From assembly GCA_025465095.1 (NCBI GenBank), contig JAODME010000037.1, positions 27,137 to 91,136 on the forward strand: a stretch of 64,000 nucleotides of DNA, read 5' to 3'. The translations under genes and the position numbers were made by a program. A model generated the notes under the pieces. That model saw only the letters and a list, made by a program, of their open reading frames with translations, ran no database searches and was not told the DNA's origin. Each line of letters starts with the position of its first letter. The first letter of the stretch is position 1. The stretch is from Microbacteriaceae bacterium (lineage in GTDB: Bacteria; Actinomycetota; Actinomycetes; Actinomycetales; Microbacteriaceae). Positions 47,143 to 57,262 of the stretch are shown one piece after another.

Positions 47143-48756
47143 GTGATGAGAAATAAACGTCGGTGGAGCATCGCGACACGTGTGTTCGCGGCGCAACTAG
47201 TCGCGGTAGTCGCACTCAGCGCACTGTTGACCCTCGTGCTGTGGTGGGACTCGCGGGCGTCTGCTGCCGACAACGCCGCCCGCCTCAGCGCCGCCGTGTC
47301 GGCGACCCTGGCCCTGGATCCGTTCGTCATCGAAACGGTGCAGGGCGCCAACCCGAGCGAGGCGCTTCAGCCGTATGCCGTCGAGGTGATGGGCTCGGCG
47401 GATCTCGACTTCATCACGATCATGGACACCGATGGCACGCGCTACACCCACCGCAATCCGGAGGAAATCGGCAAACCGTTCGTCGGCACCATCGAGGCAG
47501 CGCTGCGCGGCGAGCCGCTGACGGAAACCTTCAGCGGCACGCTCGGGCCCTCCGTGCGAGCCGTGGTGCCCGTGATCGACGATGGCGAAGTGATCGCAAT
47601 AGTCTCAGCCGGGGTCACCGTGCAGAACGTGCTCGCCTCGCTCGCCCCGCGCATTCCGTTCGTGGTCGGTTCCGCTGCGATCCTTGTCATCATCGGCAGC
47701 GCCGGCGCGATAGCGGGGCACCGGTTCCTGACCGGCATCACCGGATCGATGAGACCGGCGGAGGTCACGCGAATGGTGAGTTACTACGCCTCCGTGCTGC
47801 ATTCGATTCGGGAGGGTCTCATTCTCACTGACGAACACGGACAGGTCGTGCTCTACAACGATGAAGCAGCCAGCCTGCTGGGACTCGTTCCCGCGAGCAG
47901 CGACCCGCGGCCGGTGCCGTTGTCCGAGCTCGAGCTGCCCGCCTCGCTCGCGGAGCTGATCCTCAGCGGGCGCCTCGCCGTAGAGGAATCCCATCTAGTG
48001 GGCAACCGCGTGCTCGTCCTGAACCAGGAGCCTGCAAGCGGGCCGGGAGAGTCTCCGGCACGGGTGGTCGGCACTCTGACCACCCTGCGAGATCGCACGG
48101 AAGTGCAGTTGCTGGCCGGCGAACTCGAATCGGTGCGCACCCTGAGCGACGCACTTCGCTCACAGACCCACGAGTACGCCAATCGCCTGCACACCGTCGT
48201 GTCCCTTCTCGAGTTGGGGCGTACGCCAGAGGCGATCGAGCTCATCGCGCATGAAGCGGAGACGTCACAGTCACTGGCCGACGATGTTCTGGGAATGGCT
48301 GACGAGCCTGCCCTCGCCGCACTGCTGCTCGGCAAGGTCGCGCAAGCCGGTGAACGCGGCATCGACCTCGGTCTCATCATCGCCGAAGACCTGCCTCGCT
48401 CGAGCCTCTCGCCCTCGGAGCTCGTCTCGGTGGTGGGAAATCTCACCGACAATGCGATGGATGCGGCTGCGGACGGAGATTCACCACGGTCCGTCACGGT
48501 GATTCTGACCGCCGATCCCGAACGCGAACGACTGGCCCTGCGAGTGCGCGACAGTGGGCGCGGAGTTCAGGCGCACGCTCTCCAGTCGATCTTCACCAAC
48601 GGTTACAGCACAAAGCCCGCCGACGCCGTAGGCCGCGGGTACGGACTGGCCGTCGCGCAGCAGATCCTGGAACGACGTGGCGGAACCATCGAACTGCAGC
48701 AGGGCGACCAGACGGAGTTTTTTGCACAGTGGCCAGCCGCCGGAGGGCGGTCGTGA
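47143..48756 (+). CDS. CitA/DcuS-family sensor histidine kinase
   Basis: Two TM segments flanking a periplasmic PAS-like domain, a cytoplasmic PAS, H-box LRSQTHEYANRLHTV, N-box GNLTDNAMDA, G-boxes DSGRGV and GRGYGLAV. Confidence 0.85.
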   Translation: MMRNKRRWSIATRVFAAQLVAVVALSALLTLVLWWDSRASAADNAARLSAAVSATLALDPFVIETVQGANPSEALQPYAVEVMGSADLDFITIMDTDGTRYTHRNPEEIGKPFVGTIEAALRGEPLTETFSGTLGPSVRAVVPVIDDGEVIAIVSAGVTVQNVLASLAPRIPFVVGSAAILVIIGSAGAIAGHRFLTGITGSMRPAEVTRMVSYYASVLHSIREGLILTDEHGQVVLYNDEAASLLGLVPASSDPRPVPLSELELPASLAELILSGRLAVEESHLVGNRVLVLNQEPASGPGESPARVVGTLTTLRDRTEVQLLAGELESVRTLSDALRSQTHEYANRLHTVVSLLELGRTPEAIELIAHEAETSQSLADDVLGMADEPALAALLLGKVAQAGERGIDLGLIIAEDLPRSSLSPSELVSVVGNLTDNAMDAAADGDSPRSVTVILTADPERERLALRVRDSGRGVQAHALQSIFTNGYSTKPADAVGRGYGLAVAQQILERRGGTIELQQGDQTEFFAQWPAAGGRS

Positions 48757-49439
48757 TCCGCACGCTGGTGATCGAGGATGATGCCCGCACCGCCGAAGCA
48801 CACGCCGCCTACCTCGCCCGAATCGACGGCTTCGAACTCGCCGGGATCGCCGCGACCGCGGCCGCCGCTCAGTCGGCGATCAAGGCCGGCCTGTCCGCCG
48901 ACCCGATCGACCTGTTGCTGCTCGACATGACGCTACCTGACGGACACGGGCTGGAGCTCGCGCGCAGGCTCCGGTCGGCCGGCGTCGCGGTGGACATCAT
49001 CGCGATCACCGCCGTCCGCGATATCGATATCGTTCACAACGCCATCTCGGTGGGGATCGCGCAGTACCTGATCAAGCCGTTCAGCTTCGCGACATTCCGA
49101 TCGAAGCTCGTGACGTACCTCGACTATCGGCGAAGGCTCGCCACCGGCACCTCGACGGCGACACAGTCGGAGGTGGACGCGATGCTCGCTTCGCTGCACG
49201 CCCCGACGAACGCACCCATACCCAAGGGGCTGTCGGTGCCGACGCTGGAGTCGGTGGTAGAGCGGATGCGCGAGACCGCTCAGCCGGTCTCGGCGGTCGA
49301 ACTGGCAGAATCGACGAGCTTGTCCCGGGTGACAGCCCGGCGCTACCTCGAGTATCTCGCCGACACCGCGAGGGTCCGCCGGTCCCCGCGCTACGGCACG
49401 CCAGGACGGCCGGAGTTGGAGTACCGCTGGATTGATTGA
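48753..49439 (+). CDS. CitB/DcuR-family response regulator
   Basis: VIRTLVIEDDARTAE, LLLDMTLPDG, KPFSF, C-terminal HTH. GTG-48753 overlaps the kinase stop (GTGA). Confidence 0.85.
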   Translation: MIRTLVIEDDARTAEAHAAYLARIDGFELAGIAATAAAAQSAIKAGLSADPIDLLLLDMTLPDGHGLELARRLRSAGVAVDIIAITAVRDIDIVHNAISVGIAQYLIKPFSFATFRSKLVTYLDYRRRLATGTSTATQSEVDAMLASLHAPTNAPIPKGLSVPTLESVVERMRETAQPVSAVELAESTSLSRVTARRYLEYLADTARVRRSPRYGTPGRPELEYRWID

Positions 49440-49453
49440 GGCTAACCGAAGCG

Positions 49454-51472
49454 CTAGCCACGGCTTCCCTGTGCCGGCACGAGGGACCGAGCAGCCATTC
49501 CCGCACTCTTTCCCGCGGCGTTGCGACCCTCCTCCCACGTCGACACCCGCACGTAGTCGAACTCCGCCGTGAAGTCCTGCGCGACGTCCTGCAATCCGAG
49601 GGAGACAAGCGCGATCCGGGCGTCACCCAGAGAGTGTGTCCAGGTTCCGCCACGAACCCAGTTCGAGCCATCCTCGCTGGTGTACGCGGTGTAGCCCTCC
49701 GCATCACCACCGGCCGCTTCCTTCTCGCGTCCGTGCAGTCGCTTCACCGCTATCCGAAGGTGGGTCCACTCTTCCGAAGGGGGCCCGACGACCGTGTTGC
49801 CGTATCGCGCCCACCCCTCGGGCACCGGGCTGAGCTCCTTCGCAAACTCCGTCTGGCGGGTATTGAAGATCGACGTGTTCGTGAGTTTCAGGTAATTGTC
49901 CTCGTCGCCGTAGGACATGAGGCCGGCCTGTGCAAAGTTGAAGCAGCATCCTTCGTCCGGCACGTCTACCCGCACCCGGGTCTCGATGAGGTAATCGCCC
50001 TTGGGGGCGTCTCTCACAAGCACGGACGCGTTGTCGACGTCAACGTACAAGTCGGCGGCCTGAATCTGCACGGTCAGAACTCCGTTCGCGACACTGTGTC
50101 GAGGCGGCAGCGGCGTAGATGCCTCGTCGCCTGACCACTCCCAGGTCCAGGCGTCGGAGAGCGTGCTGCCGGAGAACTCGTCGGAGAACGCGGCGAGCAG
50201 CTTGTGCCGCTCTTGCGCCTTGAGCGGCTTGCGCTCGTGGCGGAAGGCGTTGCCTTCCTGGCCCGCAGGTGCCGGCATGCGGGAATCGGATGGTCCGCGC
50301 CCGCCGTTCACGGTTGGCCAGCCGTCGATCCAGTCGATCGCGTCGAGCAGCGCCGGTCGTTTGGTGAAGCCGGTCGCGGTCGCAAAGAACGGGTCCTGCT
50401 GGTCGACAGCGTGGTAGATCGTCCACCAGTCCCCGTGGGCGTCCTGGAACACGGTATTGTGCCCGGTGCCCACCCAACGGTTGCCGTTCATCGTCAGAAA
50501 CGGCGTGCCTCCAGTCTGCGCATCGGTGAGCGAATTGCCCTGCTGGTCCACGAATGGACCGAGCGGATTCGTTGAGCGGCCGACGAAGACGCTGTAGCCG
50601 GTCAAGGCACCGTTGCAGCAGTTCGTGGCGGAGAGGAACAGATAGTAGTAGCCGTCCCTCAACACGACATTGGCGCCCTCGTACTTGTTGTCGAGGGCGA
50701 CCATCGTGGCACCCGCCTGGTTCGCGGCGGCGCCGGTCGGGGTGAGGATCACTTCGGTGCCGAACACGCCCCCGTAGTAGCTGCCGTAGTAGAGGGTGCT
50801 TCCGCCGGCGACGGTGTCACCGAGGACATCCGGGTCATAGGTCCAGAGGAAGTTGCACCCGTCACCGTTTTGTCGCGGGCCGATCACCGGTGCCTGCGCG
50901 AATTCCCACGGACCGATCGGGCTGTCGCTGGTCGCGACACCGATCGCGTTGTCGCTGTTGCAGTCCTCGACTCCGCTGACCTCGGCGGTCGTGTCGGTGA
51001 CTCCGACGAACATGTAGTACTGCCCGAACTCGCTGGAGTAGACGACGTCTGGGGCCCAGAGCGCGGCGTCCGGCTCTGCCCAGTTCGGCAGAGTATCGAG
51101 CGCGTCGCCTACGTAGGTCCAGTTGACCAGGTCCTTCGATGTCATGGTCGGAATGCGATGGAAGACCAGGTTGCCGTCGGCGTCCAGGTCCTCATCGTTC
51201 AGTGGATCGGTCGTGCAGTACATGTACCAGGTCGTGTCACCCGGCACCTGGCCGCGGAGGACGGTCGGGTCGGCGCAGCTCTCGATAACGCCGGCGCCGG
51301 GAATCTGTGGCGCGAGGGGATTGGTATACAAGCCCACCTTGTTGCCGCCGGTCGGCCGCGCGAAGGGGGCTGCGGCCGCTTCGCTTGCCGGCACGAATGT
51401 CGCCGCGATCAACAGTGCGCTGAGCAACATGGGAACCGGTATGGCAAACCTCCGTACACCCGACCGAACCAT
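49454..51472 (-). CDS. secreted glycoside hydrolase family 43 (xylosidase/arabinanase-like) with C-terminal LamG/concanavalin-like domain
   Basis: Signal peptide MVRSGVRRFAIPVPMLLSALLIAATFVPASEAAAAP. GH43 blades (ADPTVL, LWAPDV, YEGANVV, GTGHNT). The C-terminal ~200 aa form a beta-sandwich-like region. Confidence 0.75.
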   Translation of the reverse strand: MVRSGVRRFAIPVPMLLSALLIAATFVPASEAAAAPFARPTGGNKVGLYTNPLAPQIPGAGVIESCADPTVLRGQVPGDTTWYMYCTTDPLNDEDLDADGNLVFHRIPTMTSKDLVNWTYVGDALDTLPNWAEPDAALWAPDVVYSSEFGQYYMFVGVTDTTAEVSGVEDCNSDNAIGVATSDSPIGPWEFAQAPVIGPRQNGDGCNFLWTYDPDVLGDTVAGGSTLYYGSYYGGVFGTEVILTPTGAAANQAGATMVALDNKYEGANVVLRDGYYYLFLSATNCCNGALTGYSVFVGRSTNPLGPFVDQQGNSLTDAQTGGTPFLTMNGNRWVGTGHNTVFQDAHGDWWTIYHAVDQQDPFFATATGFTKRPALLDAIDWIDGWPTVNGGRGPSDSRMPAPAGQEGNAFRHERKPLKAQERHKLLAAFSDEFSGSTLSDAWTWEWSGDEASTPLPPRHSVANGVLTVQIQAADLYVDVDNASVLVRDAPKGDYLIETRVRVDVPDEGCCFNFAQAGLMSYGDEDNYLKLTNTSIFNTRQTEFAKELSPVPEGWARYGNTVVGPPSEEWTHLRIAVKRLHGREKEAAGGDAEGYTAYTSEDGSNWVRGGTWTHSLGDARIALVSLGLQDVAQDFTAEFDYVRVSTWEEGRNAAGKSAGMAARSLVPAQGSRG

Positions 51473-51914
51473 CTCAACTCTCCCCGTGCCGAACGTTCTG
51501 GAAGGGCCGACGACTACGTGCAGCGCACGGAGGACTTCGGCGGCCTCGTAGGTGCTCACGGTACATCGAAACGTCTCATCATGGAACGGCCGTGGGCGAA
51601 CGGCCGGACCGGCCGGCACTGCACCGGGGCCCAGCGCGGGTGTTTGCTCATCACAGCTCAAGCCGTATTGATCCCCGCTGCGAACCACTGACCCTCGAGC
51701 TGCCCATCTTTGTGGCGTGAGCGGACGAACAGTCGATGACGCGACAAAAGCGGGCAGCTTGAAGGTCCGCCGGCGGATGTGGCGCCGAGCTCACCCGGCC
51801 ATGACTGTCCCCGGATTCTTGCGTGGCACGACAACAACTACGGTCTCGACGGCCGCTAGCGGAATGCGGCGACTGACGACTTGGCGAGCACCCCGCGATG
51901 GACGCCTGATTCGG

Positions 51915-52655
51915 TCAGAGCGACTCGGCTAGCGCTGCCACCTGCAGCTTGGTGAGCGTCGCGGTGCCCGCGAGCGCAAGGTCGAGCAGCGAGTCGAGTT
52001 CGCGGCGATCGAAGGGTGCCGCCTCGGCGGTGCCCTGAACTTCAACGAAGAGTCCCCGCCCGGTGACGACAACGTTCATGTCGGTGTCTGCGCGAACGTC
52101 CTCGGTGTATTCCAAATCGAGCATGGCAGCACCGCCAACCACTCCGACCGACACCGCCGCGACGCTGTCGATCAGCGGCGTCGCGTTCTGGCCGATGAAC
52201 CTCTTGCTCCGCCCCCACTCGAGCGCATCCGCGAGCGCGACGTACGCCCCCGTGATCGCGGCGGTGCGGGTGCCACCGTCCGCTTGCAGCACGTCGCAGT
52301 CGATGACGATGGTGTTCTCACCAAGCGACTTCATATCGACGACGGCCCGCAGCGAGCGCCCGATCAGACGCGAGATCTCGTGGGTGCGACCACCGATGCG
52401 GCCCTTGACCGATTCGCGATCCATCCGGTCGTTCGTGGACCGCGGCAGCATCGCGTACTCGGCGGTGACCCAGCCCTTGCCCTTGCCGGCCATCCAGCGC
52501 GGTACACCGTTGGTGAAGGATGCCGTGCACAGCACCTTGGTGCGTCCGAATGAGATGAGCGCGGAGCCTTCCGCCTGTGCACTCCAGCCGCGCTCGATCG
52601 TGATCTCGCGAAGCTGATCCGGGGTCCGGCCGTCTGTGCGCAGGTCGATGGTCAT
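51915..52655 (-). CDS. rph: ribonuclease PH
   Basis: [69 protein letters not shown]. Confidence 0.95.
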   Translation of the reverse strand: MTIDLRTDGRTPDQLREITIERGWSAQAEGSALISFGRTKVLCTASFTNGVPRWMAGKGKGWVTAEYAMLPRSTNDRMDRESVKGRIGGRTHEISRLIGRSLRAVVDMKSLGENTIVIDCDVLQADGGTRTAAITGAYVALADALEWGRSKRFIGQNATPLIDSVAAVSVGVVGGAAMLDLEYTEDVRADTDMNVVVTGRGLFVEVQGTAEAAPFDRRELDSLLDLALAGTATLTKLQVAALAESL

Positions 52656-53518
52656 GATTGCCCTTCAGGTAGCAGGATAGCGCCCGTCTCGACGAGTTCG
52701 ACCGTCGACACCTCGGGCCCGAGGAAGCGTCGCGCGAGCGAGGTGAACTCGCTTTTGCTGTCGCCCGTGGCCTCGAACCTGTGGCGAGGCTTGACCGTCG
52801 TCTCGTGTTCCATGCCGTGCTCGACGAGCGTGCGGTACACGTCATTGGCGGTCTCATCGGCGCTCGAGACGAGCGTGACGTCATCGCCCATGACGTACTG
52901 GATCGCCGCGGACATGAGCGGATAGTGGGTGCAGCCGAGCACGAGTGTGTCGACGCGGGCTGCCTTCAGCGGCGCGAGGTACTCCTCGGCCACGGCGAAC
53001 AGCTCGGCTCCGCTCGTGACCCCGGCCTCGACGAACTCGACGAACCTCGGGCAAGCCCGAGCGAAAATGTTCAGGTGTGGAGCTGCGGCGAAGGCGTCCT
53101 CGTAGGCCTTCGACGCGATCGTGCCGACCGTGCCGATTACGCCGACCCTGTCGTTGCGGGTCTGGCGTACAGCGGCACGCACCGCGGGCTGGATCACCTC
53201 GACGACGGGGATGCCGCGACCGACGGTGTAGCGTTCGCGAGCATCCCGCAGGGTCGCGGCGGAAGCCGTGTTACAGGCGATGACGAGCATCTTCACCCCC
53301 TGGTCGACGAGGTCGTCGAGAACCGCAAGGCTGTACCTGCGAACGTCTGCGATCGGCTTCGGCCCGTAGGGCGAGTGGGCGGTGTCGCCGACGTAGAGGA
53401 CTGACTCGTTGGGCAGTTGGTCGATGATCGCCCTCGCGACGGTGAGACCGCCGACTCCGGAGTCGAAGATCCCAATCGGCGCGTCAGTCACGGGAGTCGA
53501 GTTTAGTGCCACCGGCAT
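52652..53518 (-). CDS. murI: glutamate racemase
   Basis: [39 protein letters not shown]. Start at ATG-53518. Confidence 0.9.
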   Translation of the reverse strand: MPVALNSTPVTDAPIGIFDSGVGGLTVARAIIDQLPNESVLYVGDTAHSPYGPKPIADVRRYSLAVLDDLVDQGVKMLVIACNTASAATLRDARERYTVGRGIPVVEVIQPAVRAAVRQTRNDRVGVIGTVGTIASKAYEDAFAAAPHLNIFARACPRFVEFVEAGVTSGAELFAVAEEYLAPLKAARVDTLVLGCTHYPLMSAAIQYVMGDDVTLVSSADETANDVYRTLVEHGMEHETTVKPRHRFEATGDSKSEFTSLARRFLGPEVSTVELVETGAILLPEGQS

Positions 53519-53682
53519 CCGCTCGCCCGCCGGCGGTCGGGTAGCATCGCCGAACCGACGACGGAAGCGGTACGAGGGTGACGGATGATGGATGGCGCCA
53601 GAGCCCGGGTGCGGTCCCCGCTCTCGATCGACGACTCCAACCCGACCCGTCCTCGACCGCGCACGGCACCCAGCGGGAGGCG

Positions 53683-55347
53683 TCACTCGCCTGGCTCGTG
53701 CGTGCCCTGCGGCAGTAGCTCCTCATGCGCCGGGTCGAGCACCGGGCGGCCGCCGCGCATTTCAGCCCGGTCGAGCCGGACCCGCGCCTTAGTCGGCTCC
53801 AGCGTTACACTCCCCACGAAGTTGCCGAATAGCGGACCGGTCGTCACCGACCAGTCCGCCGGCGGATCGGGCACACCGGCGCTGCGTGCGAGCAGCCGTG
53901 CGGCCAGCCGGGCCGGTCGTGAGCCCGCGAATCTCAGCCACCAGCGCACCCGCGCCGACAACCGGTTGCGAAACGGCGAGCTGACGAGTTGCACCACGGG
54001 CGAGCGAACAGGGGCAGAGCTCCGAAAGGTCAGGGGCGCCACGTACGCGTGATGAACGTCCCCCGAGAGCACCAGCACCGTCGTCGGAGGAGAACCACGC
54101 TGGCCCGAGGCGACCTCGCCGAGGACGCGCACCATGCGTCGGAACGAAGTCTGGAAGGCAGCCCACTGGTCGAGATTGCCCGACCGGCGGATCCGCTCGC
54201 TCCGCCGCGCCACCCACGATCCAAGTGTCCCCTCGCACATTGCCTCGTTCCACGCCTCTGCGTCGTGCTGTGACCGATGCAGCAACAGGGGAACGGATGT
54301 CGCGACGAGCAGGTGTTCGCAGTCGCCACGTAGTCCAGCCTCGACGATTGCCCACTCCGGCTCGCTGAACATGCTGCGACTCCCCTTCTCGAGAACCCGG
54401 GACGAGCGGGTGTCGAGCACGACGAGGCGGCTGCGCCCCAGGTCGCGTTGATAACCCAACCGGTAGCGTCCGTCGCCCTCGGCTTCCTCGTCCAAGCTGA
54501 GAGAGAATTGCCGCAGTTGCTCGACGCCTGCTGGGGAGGCAGTCAGGGCGCGCCAAATCCCCTCCTCGCGCAGGGCGGCCGGCGAGAGGTTCCCAGCGTG
54601 TTGGTACAGCCAGTAGGCCATACCGGCGCCCGTGATCTGCTCTCGCCATTCGGGCAGTGCCGTGACCTCGCGCCGCCAGGTCGCCGAGACGTTCCAGTTG
54701 TCGCGCACCTCGTGATCGTCGAGGATCATCGCGGACGGCACTGTCGCCATCAGCCAACGGATGTCAGCCTGCCCCCAACTTCGCCGGTAGATCGACGCGT
54801 ATTCGTCGAAGGTCCGAGCCTCCGCTCTAGGCTTCGCCCCGATGGTGCGATGCAGCGCGTCGACGATCCCAGATTCGTGATGGTAGTCGGCATAGATCTG
54901 GTCGCCGAGCAGAAGCATCAGGTCGGGCAGCGGTCGCTCCCCCGCTTGCAGCGCCACCGAGAGCGCCTCGAGGGCGTCCACCCCCGGGCCGGGCAGCGGA
55001 GCCTGCTCCGTGACGCTGCGGTCGTCCCGGCAGGACCCGAACACCAGCTCGAGATCGCGGTCCCTGGACAGGGTGCGAACCCGAGGTGCCGGGCGGGCAT
55101 CTCCGGGCTCCGGCCAGACCTTGGTCGCGTTCAGATGCACTGAATACTCGAGATCCGAGCCCGGCGGGAGCCCGTCAACGACCACGATCGCATAGTGATG
55201 ACCCTCCGCGGCGAAGGTGCGGGCGGAGCGACCCAGCACGCTGATCTCGACAGGGCCGGATGTTTCGACCCACACCGTCACAGTCGTCTCGTCCACATAC
55301 CTCAGCGCGGGACCGAGCACGAGGGTCACGGGTTCGGCGACGGCCAT
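53683..55347 (-). CDS. PhoD-like metallophosphatase (alkaline phosphatase D family), no signal peptide seen
   Basis: [35 protein letters not shown], and an N-terminal PhoD_N-like beta domain ([19 protein letters not shown]). Confidence 0.65.
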   Translation of the reverse strand: MAVAEPVTLVLGPALRYVDETTVTVWVETSGPVEISVLGRSARTFAAEGHHYAIVVVDGLPPGSDLEYSVHLNATKVWPEPGDARPAPRVRTLSRDRDLELVFGSCRDDRSVTEQAPLPGPGVDALEALSVALQAGERPLPDLMLLLGDQIYADYHHESGIVDALHRTIGAKPRAEARTFDEYASIYRRSWGQADIRWLMATVPSAMILDDHEVRDNWNVSATWRREVTALPEWREQITGAGMAYWLYQHAGNLSPAALREEGIWRALTASPAGVEQLRQFSLSLDEEAEGDGRYRLGYQRDLGRSRLVVLDTRSSRVLEKGSRSMFSEPEWAIVEAGLRGDCEHLLVATSVPLLLHRSQHDAEAWNEAMCEGTLGSWVARRSERIRRSGNLDQWAAFQTSFRRMVRVLGEVASGQRGSPPTTVLVLSGDVHHAYVAPLTFRSSAPVRSPVVQLVSSPFRNRLSARVRWWLRFAGSRPARLAARLLARSAGVPDPPADWSVTTGPLFGNFVGSVTLEPTKARVRLDRAEMRGGRPVLDPAHEELLPQGTHEPGE

Positions 55348-55430
55348 CGATCCATTCTCACTACCTCGCGCAGCTGCGGCAAGGCTGCCTGCCGCTTCGA
55401 GCGGCCCGCGCGGCTGGATAGGCTCACACC

Positions 55431-56768
55431 ATGACGAGCGCGCTGCTGACCGACCGCTACGAACTCACCATGATCGACGCCGCGATCCGTGCCGGCACGC
55501 ACGATCGCGAGTGCGTCTTCGAGGTGTTCGCGCGCCGCCTGCCGGAAGGCCGTCGTTACGGGATCGTCGCGGGCACCGGTCGTCTGCTCGACCTCATTGT
55601 CGACTTCCGTTTCGGTGAGGCCGAGCTCGGCTGGCTCCGCGACAACGATGTCGTGGACCCCGCCACGATCGACTGGCTCGCCGACTACCGGTTCGCCGGG
55701 GACATCCGCGGATACCGGGAGGGCGAGGTCTACTTCCCCGGATCGCCGATCCTCATCGTCGACGGCGGCTTCGCCGAGGCCGTCATCCTGGAGACCCTCT
55801 GCCTCAGCGTGTTCAATTACGACTCTGCCGTGGCCGGCGCAGCCGCCCGCATGGTGAGCGCCGCGAGCGATCGCCCGCTTGCCGAGATGGGATCCCGCCG
55901 CGCGACCGAGCACGGTGGCGTCGCTGCGGCACGCGCGTCGTTCATCGCCGGCTTCGACGCAACGAGCAACCTCGAGGCGGGTCGCAGTTGGGGTGTGCCG
56001 ACGATGGGAACCGCGGCGCACTCATTCACCCTCCTGCACGACACGGAAGAGGAGGCCTTCCGCGCGCAGGTCGACGCCCTGGGCGCAGGAACCACCCTCC
56101 TCGTCGATACCTACGACGTGCCAACCGCAGTCGAGACGGCGGTGCGGGTCGCCGGCACCTCGCTCGGGGCTGTGCGGATCGACAGCGGCGACCTGCCGGA
56201 ACAGGTGGCTGCCGTTCGTGAGCAACTAGACCGTCTCGGCGCTACCGGCACGAAGATCACTGTCACGAACGACCTCGACGAGTTCACCATCGCCGCGCTG
56301 CGCGCCGCCCCCGTCGACTCCTATGGGGTCGGCACCTCCGTGGTGACCGGCTCGGGGCATCCTGCGGCCGGCCTCGTGTACAAGCTCGTCGCCCGGCGTA
56401 CTGCGTCCGGCGAGTGGATGTCGGTGGCGAAGAAGTCGTCCGCGAAGGCGACGGTCGGCGGGCGCAAGCGGCCGGTCCGCGAGCTGAGCGGCGGTATCGC
56501 GACATGCGAGACGATCCTCATCGGTGACGAGACCGTTGCCCCGGCTGGTGCCCGACCCCTGCTCGTGGGGCTCGTCGAGAACGGCGTGCCCGAGGAGCGG
56601 TTCCGGGGAGCGGCGGGCACCCGGCTCGCCAGGGAGCATCGTGCCACGGCGGTCGCGGAGCTGCCGCGGGACGCCTTTCGGCTCGGCCGCGGTGAAGCGG
56701 CGATTCCTACCCGTTACGTGGAAGACGGCCGCGGTACGACCGCCCAGAGATTAGGGTTGCACGCGTGA
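55431..56768 (+). CDS. pncB: nicotinate phosphoribosyltransferase
   Basis: LLTDRYELTMIDAA, GSRRATE, MGTAAHSF, VRIDSGD, YGVGTS. Confidence 0.85.
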   Translation: MTSALLTDRYELTMIDAAIRAGTHDRECVFEVFARRLPEGRRYGIVAGTGRLLDLIVDFRFGEAELGWLRDNDVVDPATIDWLADYRFAGDIRGYREGEVYFPGSPILIVDGGFAEAVILETLCLSVFNYDSAVAGAAARMVSAASDRPLAEMGSRRATEHGGVAAARASFIAGFDATSNLEAGRSWGVPTMGTAAHSFTLLHDTEEEAFRAQVDALGAGTTLLVDTYDVPTAVETAVRVAGTSLGAVRIDSGDLPEQVAAVREQLDRLGATGTKITVTNDLDEFTIAALRAAPVDSYGVGTSVVTGSGHPAAGLVYKLVARRTASGEWMSVAKKSSAKATVGGRKRPVRELSGGIATCETILIGDETVAPAGARPLLVGLVENGVPEERFRGAAGTRLAREHRATAVAELPRDAFRLGRGEAAIPTRYVEDGRGTTAQRLGLHA

Positions 56769-57259
56769 GCATCCGTGTGGAGAAGGTCGACCTGCCGGGC
56801 ATCGGCACTCGTCACGATGTAGTGACCAAGTCCGGACGGCGCATCGGCATCGTCTCCCACCGCACGGGAGAGCGCGAGCTAGCCATCTTCGACGTTCACG
56901 ACCCGGACGCCTCAAGCGACTCGATCGTGCTGACAGACGGTGAGGCATCTGCCCTCGCGGACGTACTGGGAGCCTCGGTCATGCTCAGCCAGCTGCTCGA
57001 CATCGGGGAGCACGCGGCGGGCCTGGCGACGGAACAGCTCGTACTGCCCGCCAGTTCGCCCTTCGCCGGCGGTGTGCTCGGCGACACGAAGGCGCGCACC
57101 CGCACAAGCACTTCGATCGTCGCGATCGTTCGTGACTCGCGCGTGATCCCGTCACCGACGCCGGACACGCGACTCGAATCGGGCGATACGATCATCGCCG
57201 TCGGCACCCGTTCCGGCCTCGACGCACTCGCGCGGCTGTTGAACAACGGCCCGGGCTAG
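56765..57259 (+). CDS. cation:proton antiporter regulatory subunit (KhtT-like, TrkA-C domain)
   Basis: VEKVDLPGIGTRHDVVTKSGRRIGIVSHRTGERELAIF, then TrkA_C-like LESGDTIIAVGT. GTG-56765 overlaps the pncB stop. Confidence 0.7.
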   Translation: MSIRVEKVDLPGIGTRHDVVTKSGRRIGIVSHRTGERELAIFDVHDPDASSDSIVLTDGEASALADVLGASVMLSQLLDIGEHAAGLATEQLVLPASSPFAGGVLGDTKARTRTSTSIVAIVRDSRVIPSPTPDTRLESGDTIIAVGTRSGLDALARLLNNGPG

Positions 57260-57262
57260 AGC

